From: Eremomyces bilateralis CBS 781.70
Taxonomy: Eukaryota
Length of the DNA stretch: 64,000 nt
Assembly: GCA_010015585.1 (NCBI GenBank)
Contig: ML975173.1
Strand: one strand, 5' to 3'
Part shown: piece after piece, positions 47,353 through 59,625 of the stretch
Layout: each line of letters starts with the position of its first letter
Numbering within the stretch: position 1 is the first letter of the stretch
Notes under the pieces: generated by a model
What the model was told of the DNA's origin: nothing
What the model saw: the letters and a program-made list of their open reading frames with translations, nothing else
Databases searched by the model: none
Made by a program: the position numbers and the translations under genes

Positions 47353-49682
47353 ATGGCAGACCCAAAATCAGCTCAACCGCGCACGCGAGCGCAGAGGGCT
47401 TGCATTGTCTGTCATAAGAGGAAGATCAAGTGCGATCTCGAGACATGTGCAGGTCCGCGCTGCACCAATTGCCTACGCGACGAATATGAATGCATACCGC
47501 GAGAGCGGAAGCGGAAGCGGTTTACTATGTCGCCTTCACCTTCGGGAGGCAGACCTGCTGGACGATTAAAAAGGGAGCCACCAAATCCTCGTGCTTCACT
47601 TTCGAATCCTTCCATGATGGATCCAGTATACCAACCACAGAGATCGATCAGCGATGTTGATGGAACGAACCTCACCGAGGTCTCCCCAAAGTCGATGGCA
47701 GGAGCTGCAAACCACTCCAATTCAACCCCCCCAGGAGCGGTAACAGGGCAACCGCACTACCCGCACGGTGGACCAAATACGTCGTATCTTGGCCGGAGTT
47801 CTTACATTGCGGTGGACGTTCCACTCGACGATGAGGAAGCGCCGGAGATCCCCCAGAATTTCCAAACCCTCAACGATCGAGATGTCGAGGTTTTGGGGAT
47901 CCAAAGGGTATTCGAGCTCCCGCCTCGCGCGATCAGGGAAAGTTTGATCGACCATTTCTGGGAGCGATGCTGGCCTTGGACGCCGATTGTCGACCGCAGT
48001 TGGCTGAAGGGTAGGAACGCCGGCATGACCAACACCATGTTCGACCCCGAAGGCGAATCTGGGACGCCTAGTATTCTGTTGCTCCAGGCTATGTTACTGG
48101 CCGGCTCACGAGTGAGCACGGCCATATTTCCAAGCCCAACTTCGGGGACTAGTGCCAACAAAGACATTACCCCAGGTTTCGGCCCCGAAGACTTCTACCG
48201 GAGAGCCAAAACGTTGTTCTGGACAGGATCCGAACGAGACCCTCTTCTCATCACGGTTGCAGCTTGTTTGCTCAACTGGTGGAATCCAGAGGGGCCAGAG
48301 CATTTCTCGACCGATACCAGTGGGTTTTGGCTGAGAATCAGTGTTGGACTGGCGTATCAGATTGGCCTCCACAAAGATCCAGGGGATTCATCGGAAGACT
48401 CTGGTATCAGGAGAAGGATATTTTGGTCCCTTGTTGTATGAAAGCCTGGTTCGGAATCATCTGGGGTATTTCTAACTGTCTGCTTCAGGTTCGAGACTGC
48501 CTGATCAATGCAGGCCATGGCAGACCTAGAGCAATAAACCTACAGCTAGCCGATGTGCTACCCCCCACAGCAAAGGACTTCGATGGAGACGAGAGAGCAG
48601 CAGAGCTATTCCGGCATTACATAGGTATCTCTTTGGTCCTGGGTAAGTTTGATACCGGTCTAAACGACTAAAATTTGATTTAAAGACATTCATTGATGTC
48701 TCTAGGGGACTTAACCCAGGTCTTCTTATCAAGAGCCAAATTCCAACCCGAACAGAAACTTTGCATGGACAATGCGGTATTTCGATGGCTCAAGACCCTT
48801 CCTGAGCATCTGCAACTGTGCCACCATACTTCAGCACGACCTCTTCGATCATACCATTTTGAAGCAAGACAACTTCATGTCCAGGTCCGATCTCTACAAC
48901 TCACTGATGGATTATAAACTAACTCTAAGTTACAGTATTTTACCGTGTTGACAATTCTGAACCGGGCCCAAAATACCAGTGGACCTCCCTCGACAGCATC
49001 CGTGCTCGCCTCATCCTTCGTCGTCGGAATATTCGAAGATTTTCTAGCCCGGGACGAGGTCCGATTCTTGGGTCCAATCTTCACCTTCTATCTCCTCTCA
49101 GCGGGCATTGCCCAACTCTCGTGTTACCGTTATCCAGGGTTATGGCATCTTGCGCAGCAGGATCTGGAAGTCATCTTTCGAAGTCAGAACGAGCTTGCCA
49201 AACGCTGGCCGTCAGCGATCGGAGCTCTCAAAACGCTGGCTGATGTACGGAGCAAAATATCCGGGCGTCAAAAAAGCACATATTTCCCCGACAACAATCT
49301 GACCGAGGACCAAGCTCAGTTTTTTGTAGACTTTGGGCCGGATCTGGCAAGGGAGTGGAATGTGCTCTATGGCAGCCAGTCGCACCGATGCGGGAACGGA
49401 AACATGCCGGACGAAAGCAATCGACAAGTCGCCACCCGGGACCTGATGACCGCTGGAATCCTGTCTGACCTGCAAACGCAAGCCCAAGGAGCGGCTCCAG
49501 CCGATGATGTCTCTGCTGGCCGTGGGTTACTCCCAACCGGCATGGCGCCGGACGAAGCCGCAAATGGGGCGTCTGGCATGTACCACCAGGAACCACTGCT
49601 TGACTCCGTTCCTACGACATTCGATTACGACGGCATTGGCAACTGGTTGTTCAATGATTGGGATGCGACGGCGATGTGGTGA
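47353..49682 (+). CDS. Zn(II)2Cys6 transcription factor with fungal-specific TF middle domain, Ctf1beta/FarB-like (introns 48436-48488, 48643-48705, 48885-48935)
   Basis: RACIVCHKRKIKCD...CTNCLRDEYEC binuclear cluster, basic NLS RERKRKR, AYQIGLH...RRRIFWSL. Family similarity to Ctf1beta is from recollection only. Confidence 0.9.
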
Positions 49683-49846
49683 AATCAGGGGGTCGGTTCA
49701 CTATTGTCAGACTCAAATACAAATGGGCTCCCAGGGCATGGCTGCATCACAATAGAGAACACATGCCAATTGTCATTCCCGGCTCGTTCCTTCACGTAAC
49801 TTGCAGACCCACAGAACCATTCCAGTTTTGCGGGGAACCGAAATCT

Positions 49847-49861
49847 CCCGAGAACAACCGG
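49847..49861 (+). promoter_or_regulatory. Putative Zn2Cys6 site CCCGAGAACAACCGG; a CCTCGG core follows at 49938-49943
   Basis: Same core as at 44235 and 47131. About 270 bp upstream of the crotonase-gene ATG. Confidence 0.45.
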
Positions 49862-50118
49862 ACCCACTTGAACAAAAGCTTCCTGGAGCCAGAAATCCAC
49901 AACGCGCGGGGCTGGTCCAGGGTTCACGGGAACTCGGCCTCGGGCAAAGCTTCACCACAACAACTACCCCGGCCGTTGTGGTCATACCGGTAGTCAATTG
50001 TCGCGGTTACATACAGTTGGTGTACCGCTGCACGATAATTTTGATCATTGCAGATTTATCACTCACGAAGGCCAATATCATCCAGAAATTTGAGAATCGT
50101 TCATCGACACCTTTCACG

Positions 50119-50908
50119 ATGGCGCTCGGAACCTACAAGGACCTCAGCGTGGAGCGACGCGGGCAGGTCTTCATCGTCACCATGCAGAAGAAGCCAGAAA
50201 ACCGAATCAACGTGGAATTCGCCCAAGAGATTATTCGTGCATTCCGTGATATCGAAAAAGAACTGGGACCCGACAGCGAAGGCGCCGTGATCACGCGAGG
50301 AAGCGATGCCAAATTCTGGTGCACGGGGCTCGACTTGGACGAAGCCGAAACCAACCCGTTCGCAAACAGCGATGGGTTCTTCCCGGTATGTATATTCCCA
50401 GATGAAACAGAATGATATTTTGGCTCATCCAAATCCGCCGCAGCTTCTCGCCACGATCCTCGACTTTCCATTTCCCACCATCGCCCTCATCACCGGCCAC
50501 ACGTTCGGCGGCGCCGTCCCCTTCTCCCTGTCCCACGACTACCGCATCATGAACTCCAAGCGCGGCTTCATCTCGATGCCCCCGGTCAACCTCGGGCTTC
50601 ACTTCCCGGGCATCGGGGCGCTTCCCCGCCTGAAGCTGCGACCGCAGATCGCCCGACAGATGCTCCTGGAAGCGCACAAGTGGACCGGAAAGGAGGCATA
50701 CGCCGACGGGATCGTCGACGCGGTGGCGGAGCCGGAGGAGATGCTGGAGGCGGCGGTGAAGCTTGCGGAGAAATGGCAGAGTAAGTCGAAGATGGGGGTC
50801 TATAGTGTGTTGCGAAGCGAGCTCTATGGCGAGGCGCTGGACAAGCTCCGGTCCATTAGCTATGTGCACGGGAAGAGGGTGACAGCTCCGGCCAAAGCGA
50901 AGATCTAA
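50119..50908 (+). CDS. Crotonase-fold enoyl-CoA hydratase / delta3,delta2-enoyl-CoA isomerase (intron 50386-50443)
   Basis: ENRIN, KFWCTGLDL, FPFPTIALITGHTFGG...SHDYRIMNSKRGFISMP, GIVDAV. C-terminal AKAKI is PTS1-like. Confidence 0.9.
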
Positions 50909-51615
50909 TTACTATCAATCGAAGTCTGTTCACTGCGTGCAGAAGCAATATGTACCGATCTATCTCGTTTCATTAATAAGTGAAAAAAAGTATGGTCGAA
51001 TATTCTCGCACTTGGAAGTCTTAGTCACGCGATTTATGACTTCTCACTAATTCCTATCCACGCTGTTACAATCCCCATCTTTTCCACTACCATTTCTGTC
51101 CTGATAATGGTCTGCACGGCCATGGTCTTTGTAACTTAGTCGTGTCGATCTTATTGGGATCCATCCGCGCGACCGTCATCCGGTCCTAGGTAGCTAGACA
51201 TCGCATACCAGCACTGAAATCCCAGTAGACTCGGGAGGTTCGGCTCCCTTGTCTTCATCGTGGTAGACTGTTTTCAATCTCGCCATTTCTTAGGGGAGGT
51301 TGACGAAAGGGTATTTCGCCCGTGTGTACGACTTTAAGGCACTGTGTGAAGTTGTCATTCCGTCCTTTCCTGTGCCTGGGATGCAGGGTATCCAAGTCCG
51401 TCCGGCATTGTGATGCCCGGCCAACCTAGTGTCTATGAGCACGTGGAAACTTGACCCCAAGGCGCCTCATCCACGCACACGACTTCGTGCACCGCCTGCG
51501 ACGGGAACTTCGCGAGTTCTGTGAGATTCTCCCACCTGACCTCTGAGGTGAGTCCACAGACATGACGCGACCGCTGGTCTCCGAAACTTCTCCAGTATGG
51601 CTCCTAGGGGACACC

Positions 51616-53052
51616 TCACACGCTCGACGCCACTGGTGGTCTCTGAAGCTCCTCGGAAGGTATGGGCCTGATGACGAGCGCTGGTGGTACGATATCCACT
51701 GTCGGCTGCGGGAGCGTGAAGGTACGGAAGCCGGTCGGGATTTCCGTAAGTTGAGGTTGGCTGGAAATCGACGTTGACGCGAGTGGGACGCGTTGATGCG
51801 GAGTTGACTTAGCGTCTGGTTGGATAACCGTGGAATTTGAGCTAGGCTGGGACGGTGAGGGACGGGGCGTGCGAATAGTTGTATATAACGTCGTCGTTTC
51901 ATACACAACATCGAGCAATGAAAAGGACGGTGTCAGGGCGGATGTGGAGTTAGGCGCCAAGGCCGAAACCGTTGTATACAAAGTGGTGGTCTCATAGACA
52001 ACATCAGGCAGTGAGAATAATGGCAATGATGAAACAGCGGAGGATGACACAGCAAGCGGTGCGGATGGTTCGGAGGTCGAGTTAGGCGCCAGGGCCGAAA
52101 CCGTTGTAAACATGGTGGTCGTCACATACTCGACACCGGGAAGTGAGGTGAAAGGAGCTGGTTTGGCCAGAGATAGTTGTGATGACCTTGAGGGAGACTG
52201 AGTTGGTCTTGCATTCGCGCTGGACGAGAGCAACGGCTGTCCGACTTGTGAAGGACTTAGGATTTGTGGAGCTTGTGGCGAGGACTTGGGAATTGGCGAA
52301 GTAGGAGCTGAACTCGCGGCACTTCCAGTTGGTGACCTTCCGGAAGGCGAAGAAGCGGCACTTTTATCTGAGCTACCAGTGCTATCCCTGACAGGAGGCT
52401 GATGAAATGCGCTCTGGGACCTCGACGGTGGAGATGACGCCGAAGGAACAGTCGCGGAAACACTCGTTCGCAGCTGAGTCGGCGTAGTTGAAATACCGGA
52501 CGATTCTCGCGCTGCAAACGAAGAGGAAAATGACGAGGACGAGGACGAGGAGCGGCTGCTATCCACCACCGGTGTGCGCGACTCCGGCTCGGTGGAAGAG
52601 GTTGTAGATGCGCTCGGTTGGCTTGAGATTATGCTCGATGTGGTTCTCAAATCGTCAACGAGTGTAGTGACGAAAATTACGGACGGAGGCACCGTAAGTT
52701 TCGGGTTCCCGCTCGGATCGACGAAAGTGAACCCTGGAGCCGTGGAGAAGATCGATACGGGCTGCAAGGGCACGATCTCCATATCTCCGTTGACAGCAAC
52801 GACCGAGGGTGGCGAAGAGAATTCTACACTCGTCTGTGTCGTGGACGACATCTTTGTCGTGTTCACTGATGAAGTGGGAATTGACGTGGTGTTTGCAGAT
52901 CTAGGGAGTCTGGATATCCAATGTCAGTCGCGGATTGCATGCCAGGAATGGAGACGGACTCACAACCGACCAGCGGCTCGACCGTGCAATGGACTTGAAT
53001 AAACATGATGGATTAAGGCTGCCAGCAGAAGTATTATACAAGTTCGAGCCAT
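51616..53052 (-). CDS. Secreted Ser/Thr/Pro-rich (mucin-like) protein with internal repeats (exon 1 53052-52964, then intron to 52910 or 52901)
   Basis: Exon 1 encodes the signal peptide MARTCIILLLAALIHHVYS/SPL. A GTGAGT...CTGAC...CAG/TAG intron joins the 416-aa ORF in phase. Three repeats of V(E/V)Y(V/E)TTT(M/L)(F/Y)TT. The 3' end is uncertain. Confidence 0.7.
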
Positions 53053-53934
53053 TTCTCGTAAATAGCTTTCGATATCTCACACGAATAACAATCGGTTTGA
53101 CAAGCGGTTGCAGAAAAGCGGGCAAGGCACGACTTGCGCGTATCGCAAAACGATGAAGCAACAGAAATAGAAGAGAGGGACAAAGTTGCGAAGACGGAAG
53201 AGATCGACTTGAAAGAAAAGAGGCACCACAACAACAGGAACAGAGACAGAAGTGCGAGGAATCGCACCACTTTGAGATATGCGTGGAGTCATTATTCGTA
53301 GTGTTGACTGCCCGACGAGACGCGTCGTCGGATCCATCTTGTACAACGGGAAAGAATTGGACCAGGCGGCTCTGCTTGTCATAGAGACAATGTTTCATAT
53401 CCGACGAAAGACTTACTGAAACTCCATGAGACAGGCTACGAATTGGAACGCACTGAACAAAGTCATAATGAAAGGAGGATGTTGATGTGTTACTGGCGAC
53501 TCGCCCTTCAGATTCGTGGTGGAGAGAGGATGTTCGGGGCTCTGATTGGACGGTCATTGTTCTCCGCTGAAACGTCCACGTCCACGCCCGAACCCCAACC
53601 ACCAACAGTCGACCCATCTCATCTCCCGTTCAAACAACCACTGGAAGTCTGGAACCTCTTCTGCTCAGGTCCGGTGAAGCGTGGGCCGACATCGATTGAG
53701 CTGGAAGCGGCGGTTGCCGAATGAGGATTCACTCAGACAGACTGGAAGAATATACAACTCGATTCTGACTCGGATGCACAATGCTACCATCCCATGGTCT
53801 AACGCACTCTCCCATTGTCCCACGTACGCTCCCACGAACCCAATATCCAAAACGCCTTGCTATGCAAAAGTCATCCACCATGTGACAGGTCTATGCACCA
53901 AGTCCTCAACGGACACCACCCGCATAAAATGCAT

Positions 53935-56216
53935 TCAGAAACCTTCCAATTCCATCCCCACCCTCATTTTCTCGACCATCTTCCCGCCCACTCCCTTCAA
54001 CGCTCCCAGTTCACCCAGGTCATGAATTGAACCGAGCCGATCTTCGTCATCCATCTCACAGAGCGCATTGACGATGGATTCGGCCCGCTTCGCGCCCACT
54101 CCTTTCAGCGCTCGGATTTGGCCGACGTCGCGGGAGTTGATGACGTCCAGCAAACGCGCTGTTCGAGGCGTGGGGGGCTGTGTCGAGTCCGCATCGTTGA
54201 ATACCGATAGTTTTAATTTGGTGTTTGCCGTGACGGGCTTACGTCGCGGCTTCTTCAACGGTAGTTCGTCCGCTAGATCGTACGAATCGTCATTTCCGCC
54301 TTCGGCATCAGGGTAGAAATCGTCGTCTTGATCATGAGACGCCTCGTGCGGCTTGGAGGACTGGTTCTGACCCGGCATATGGTATGAGCCTTTGGATGGT
54401 GAAGGAGCGCTGACAACCCTCGCCCCAGGAAGTCTCCCAACCTCATTTTTTGCCCGCAGCCGTCCCTTCACGCCTTCTATCTTCCGCAGCAGTTTGTGGT
54501 TCCCGGGGAAGAACGGCAACGCCAACTGGTACATGCGCAGGGCGCTTGGATCCTCGCCGCGGGCCGCATGTTGACGTGCCATCAAGAGGTACTGCAATCC
54601 TTCGGAATCTTCACGCTCCGTCACGCGGGCCTCCAAGACGTCCAGTCGACGTTGAATTTCGTCCGGGAGTGGAACCGCAGCCGCCGTCATGTTGTTCTCT
54701 GCTAGCGTTCGTTCTGCGAGCTTCTCCTCGACCAGGCGACCGACCATCTGCTCGATGGAAGCTTTGGAGAGCTGCATCTCGGAGGGTTTCGACGATCGCG
54801 GGAGGTTGGAGCGAATGGACTTAATCGGTCTTGTGGATAGGTTACTTGAGCTGTCATTGAGAGGGCGCTTGTAAGGAGAGTTCTTGCGCTGCGAAGATGC
54901 TGCAAGGGGCCGGGCCGACGGCTTATTTTTGTCGGTGTAGACGGAGAATGTTCGAGGGGGTTTGTCGGGTTTGGGCTCCGGTTGAGCATGGTGAGATGGG
55001 ATCTGAGCGTTGAAATCCCGGGTGACGGCAAGCGGGCGCAATGGTTGGCGATTGATCGAGGGCCCAGGCAGTGAATGGGTGGCTTTTGTGTTCGTGGTAC
55101 GGAACATCGGTTCGTTCTCGATCTCGTTCACCTCGATTTTCTTCGTTCGATTTGCAAAGTTGAGCGAGCTCAGCGTGTCAAGATGATAGCTTCGGACTGG
55201 AGCGAGATTCAGGAACATGACCGTCAGCCCGTCGTTCTGCCCCAGGGAGAGGATCCTCGTCATCTTCGATTCCCGGTAGGGGATACGAGATTGCTTTTTG
55301 CTGATGGCTTCCACACATTGTGCCAGCACGAAGAGAGACTTGTTGATGCTTCCAGATTCCACCATGCGCTCCTTGTTGTTGTCGGTCCGGCGATTGTCTT
55401 CCGACCCGGCAAGATCGATCGCGGACGCTGTGCTGACCAGTGTACGATCCCCCGTCGTTTGCGTCAGCTTCACGCAAAGAATGGCGTGAGATCGGGACGA
55501 GTGGGCATTCAATTTCGTCGCGGACGTGCTTCGATTGATGTTAGCTTCATCGTAGAGCTTTTCAAACTCCTTCAGCGTCGTGCAGGGCCGCTCGGTCAAT
55601 CCGCAGACGATCGTCTTCCCGCCGTTGTCACGGATGGGTAAACCAGCAGCGGTCCGTTTGTCAGGGGACTGAAACAAATCGTAAACCCGATCATTGTAGA
55701 TTTCGTAGTAGCTCATGGCCACGTGGAGTTCGGTAGCCCCTTCGCTATCCTTTTCGATCTTTCTACAACGCCGATATATCGAGCTGAGAAGACGCGGGAT
55801 GACTCCACGTTCCGCGAGCGATTTCCCTCCTCGCATCGTGTGGGTTTTGCCGGTTCCAGTGACCCCATATGCAAATAGCGTAACATCGTACCCGGAGAAC
55901 AGGTGTTTCACCGTAGGGGCAACTAAAGCATGCGGTGAGTGGTTCGTTTCCAATGGAGGCTCCCCGATTATGATGGTCCACTCGCACCTTCGCTGTCAAA
56001 TATATCCTGCTGCGTGCAGCTTTGGTCATAGACGGAATTGAATTGAAAGGCAAATGATTCGGCGCCATTCCTCGGATTTGGTATCCGCACAACATTGGGC
56101 CTAGGCACGGATTTCCCGGACGATTCGCCTGAGGTCGAATCCGTATGTACGATCGTGTCGGAGCTAATTTCATGTTTCAAAAGTGGCCGTATTCTCGCGA
56201 CCACGCGCACACTCAT
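53935..56216 (-). CDS. Kinesin with C-terminal helix-hairpin-helix, Kid/KIF22-like (intron 55987-55923)
   Basis: VRVVARIRP, YGVTGTGKTHTM (P-loop), NAHSSRSH, DLAGSE, IPYRESKMTR. C-terminal INSRDVGQIRALKGVGAKRAESI and LGALKGVGGKM HhH motifs. Confidence 0.92.
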
Positions 56217-56937
56217 GTCGTCCGAGTTCTAGAGATGTCTGATCGCGTCGTTCAGAGGAGTCGAAGGAGATGGCGGATGGACGGAACGGAAGGGGAATCA
56301 ATTCTTTCAATTGAGGAATAATAAGTCAATGCTTTTCGTATGAACCGTCCGCGGAAAAGAAAAAGGGAAAATCGAGGCAAGACGAGTCGAGATGATGCAC
56401 GCAAGACGCATCCGAATGATCTGATCTATGCAGAGGTGAACGATTGAGTGGATGTTTACGTTTGTACAGCACCCTAGCAACCGAACGTCGTATTGGTCGC
56501 TGAAGTCCGCCGGGCACAACAACGTCTCGTCTCCACACTCCTTAACTCCTGGCTTGATAAATGTTCGAATTGATCGGAGATAGTACCCATTTCATATGCT
56601 AACCATCAGTGAACATGATAAATCCCCATGAATGGGCAACGCAGAGGTATTGTCCAAAAGAGAACGTAAAGGAAGACATCACCAAAACTAAGTGCAACTC
56701 CTCGCATTCCTCATCAATCCTCCCTGTAAAATTCCATCCGTCGCGTTTCCACCAAAAACTCGGGGGGTATCATCTCGAATAAAAGAACCCGTTCGGGATC
56801 ATGTCATCAGTCATCAATCAGTAAAAGGGGTATAACTGCGTGCCTCGTTCCCTCCAAAACGCGATAATCATAACAATTCAAAGCAAGCTCTCCTCTCTCC
56901 ACCCAACATAAATGCCCTCACCGACGCGTAAATCCCA

Positions 56938-59625
56938 CTATCCTCGTATCTTACTCCCTTCTCCGGTAGCCACCGCGACCAGAGCCTGCAATCCACGAAG
57001 GTCCGGTCGAGGCGGGCTACTGGACATCTCGGGTTTAATCCCAAGTCCCTGAGGCCCCGTTTCAAGCAAGCCGTTCGAATGCGCCGGGTTCCAATCGCCC
57101 ATCCCGGTAGACGGGGTTGGAATCGACCCATTGTCAGAGGATGACGACTCCGTTCCGGGAGACGTGCGATAATGTTGCTGAGCGGTTAAATGCTGCTGGT
57201 TGCTGAATGGAAGACTCCGCGGCAGTGTCAGCGGCGCTGCCTGACCTGAGTCAGGCAGGGGATTCGATTGCGGCGGCGGCTGATGTGGCAGCTGCTGCTG
57301 ATGTGGCGGCTGCCGAGGTGGTGGAGGGGGAGGAGGTGGTGGTTCTCGGCCATAAGGGTTTGGTCCATGGGGTTGAGTATCAGCTGGAAATGGTGTTGGA
57401 CCCGGTGCGATTGATATATTTCTCTGTTCAGGTCCTTGGGATGGGGATGGATATGATGGATTCTGATGCATTTCCACCGGGCCTTGGTACCACCCCATCC
57501 TTTTGTTACGTTTACTGGTTGGAGTCGTGGGGCTCCCGGGTTGGTCATGACGTGGAGTCACTGGCGCCGGTGCCGGATAGGCCGGTCGTGGGTTCGGAGC
57601 AAAGCTAACCCTCGGCTGCCCTTCCGACCGTGTTCGATGATGTTCCACCGCCGATGTGAAGGAGAACCGTTTGGGCTCCATGGGAGGCGTGGCGCTGGTG
57701 AGGTCGAGCCGCCCGATGCCTTTCTGTAGCTGGTTGGACAAGTCCCAGCTGATTCGATGATTCTTATATTCCTCCGCTCGTTCCTGCGGCGTCGGGGACG
57801 CATTCTGACGGATTGGTCGTGGCGGTGGACTATCGATCTGCATGGGGCTGGGCTGTCGATAGGGCAACTGCTGAGACGATGTCGTGGGGGAACTTGCCTG
57901 GCGTCGTGGAGGAAAGGTGAAGTTTGGTTGTGGTGGCGCTTTGTCGAAGCTTTCAATCCCCGGGAGGCGAGTGATTTGCCGAGCTCCTTGCGGAAGCTGC
58001 ACGGCAGGCTGAAGAGGTGGAGGCGGTCCTCGTTGAAGCGGTTGCAATGGCTGGGGTTGGGGGAGAGGTGCTTGCTGCGCAGCGATAGTCTGTGTGGCGA
58101 ATAAGGGCCTCGGCTCATGGGGTGCTCCTGGATACATTTGCACGCCACTTGTTGCCGGCCTTGGGCCCAGACCAGTGTATGAGTTGGGATGCCACGTTCG
58201 TCTTCGGAGATCCGCCTCGACGTCCGACTCCTTTCTTCCGGGGCTAGAGAAAACCGAAGTGGTCGGACTGGCAAAGATCGAACCCTGTCCCGATGCACCC
58301 GACGAAGGAACGGGACTGATGAATGCGGGAGGATACGTCGAACTTCCTTGGAAAGGGTTCCCGGCAGAAGGCACGGACAATCGTCGACCGGGTGTCCTGG
58401 CTCCGTACGCACCGACTGATCTCGGAATCTGGGAACCAGGGGAATGTAAGCCGGAAGAGAAACGGGGCGAGTTGGCGCCAGTAGAAAACGTAGCAGACGT
58501 CGGCGTGCTGTAATCATTGGGGCTATGTCCCCCATAACCCGGGACATAGTTGGGTTTGGCGTTTGGCGGATAGTGTGGCATATTCTGCGGATTAAAGGTA
58601 TCAAGTGATAGACGGGCGCGACGTATTCCATGATTCGCCATCGCAAGAGGGGCCGGTCGTAATCTTGAGTCGTCTCTCCCACTAATGTTGATGCTCATGC
58701 TCGACGCAGTGGAGGCGATGCTCGACGTCGACAGGTTTCGGGAGTGGCCACGTGAATGCGTCCCTGAACCCATCGTGCTCGCTCTGCTTCTCCCCGCCGG
58801 GCCAGGACGGACACGGTCGGTGCGGATTTGACGCTGGAATCGAGTACCGGTCGCTGCTAATGAATCATCAGGGATAGCTTCATTTACATGAACTGTTTGT
58901 GCATGTTGACGTAGATTGTCGAGGCGCGAGAATCGGCGACTGCAGTGGCATTGGAAAGGTCGTTCGCCTGTATGCTTTCTGTCGAAAATCGTCAGCGTCT
59001 TGAATTGGACCACGGAACACATAAGACGAAGTGACTGGGCCGTGCTTAATCAACATCAAGAAACGTACCGGATATGTCTAGCGAGATGTTCGCTTCTGGT
59101 GAAGCTCAGTTGACACGGAGGGTATTCGGTGCAGAAAAAACGCTGTCCTTTCTTCTTCTTGTTCGGTCGGGCCGTATCACTGGTGACGCTTTTGTCGTCG
59201 TCGTCGTCCGAGAGTTCTTTCAAGTCCGGATCATCCCCGGTTTGCCCTTCCATATCGACATCTTGACTGCCACTGCGCGCTGTAACGGAAGTCCCTTCGG
59301 AATGATGAGACCGGTGAGAAGTAAGGGAGTTGCCCCGTGAAATAAGGGCAGGCTCTGGTCCGACGTAATCATATACGTTCCGTTTCAACTTCGAGGCTGG
59401 TGCTTCGCCGTATGGAGCTGCATCGGCGGTCAAGGGTCGTTGTGCGGCGTTGTTGTTGAACGTGTCTCTGGTCGGTGTTTTCGCGGTGTCGTCAGTTCGG
59501 GTCTCCGTGGTCGGTCCCTCTGACGAGGATTTCGGCGGTCGAGGAGTCGTGGGAGTATTCTCATCCTTCCTAGACAGCGAATCCGGAACCGTGAGGATGG
59601 TATTGACGGCTTGAAAGGAAGACAT
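56938..59625 (-). CDS. nsdC: C2H2 zinc-finger transcription factor, NsdC/Usv1-like (intron 59068-58979)
   Basis: [68 protein letters not shown] and C-terminal LQALVAVAT. Confidence 0.85.

Noticed and set aside
49801..50118. N-terminal extension of the crotonase ORF
   Set aside because: It starts at TTG and covers promoter motifs; homology-like sequence begins at ATG 50119.
53034..53270. 78-aa hydrophobic, Cys-containing ORF as a secreted peptide
   Set aside because: GTG start; the hydrophobicity arises from a pyrimidine-rich leader, and the better-supported signal-peptide exon starts at 53052.
57260..57345. CAG/CCN-rich repeats
   Set aside because: Coding low-complexity Pro/Gln tract within the nsdC-like gene.
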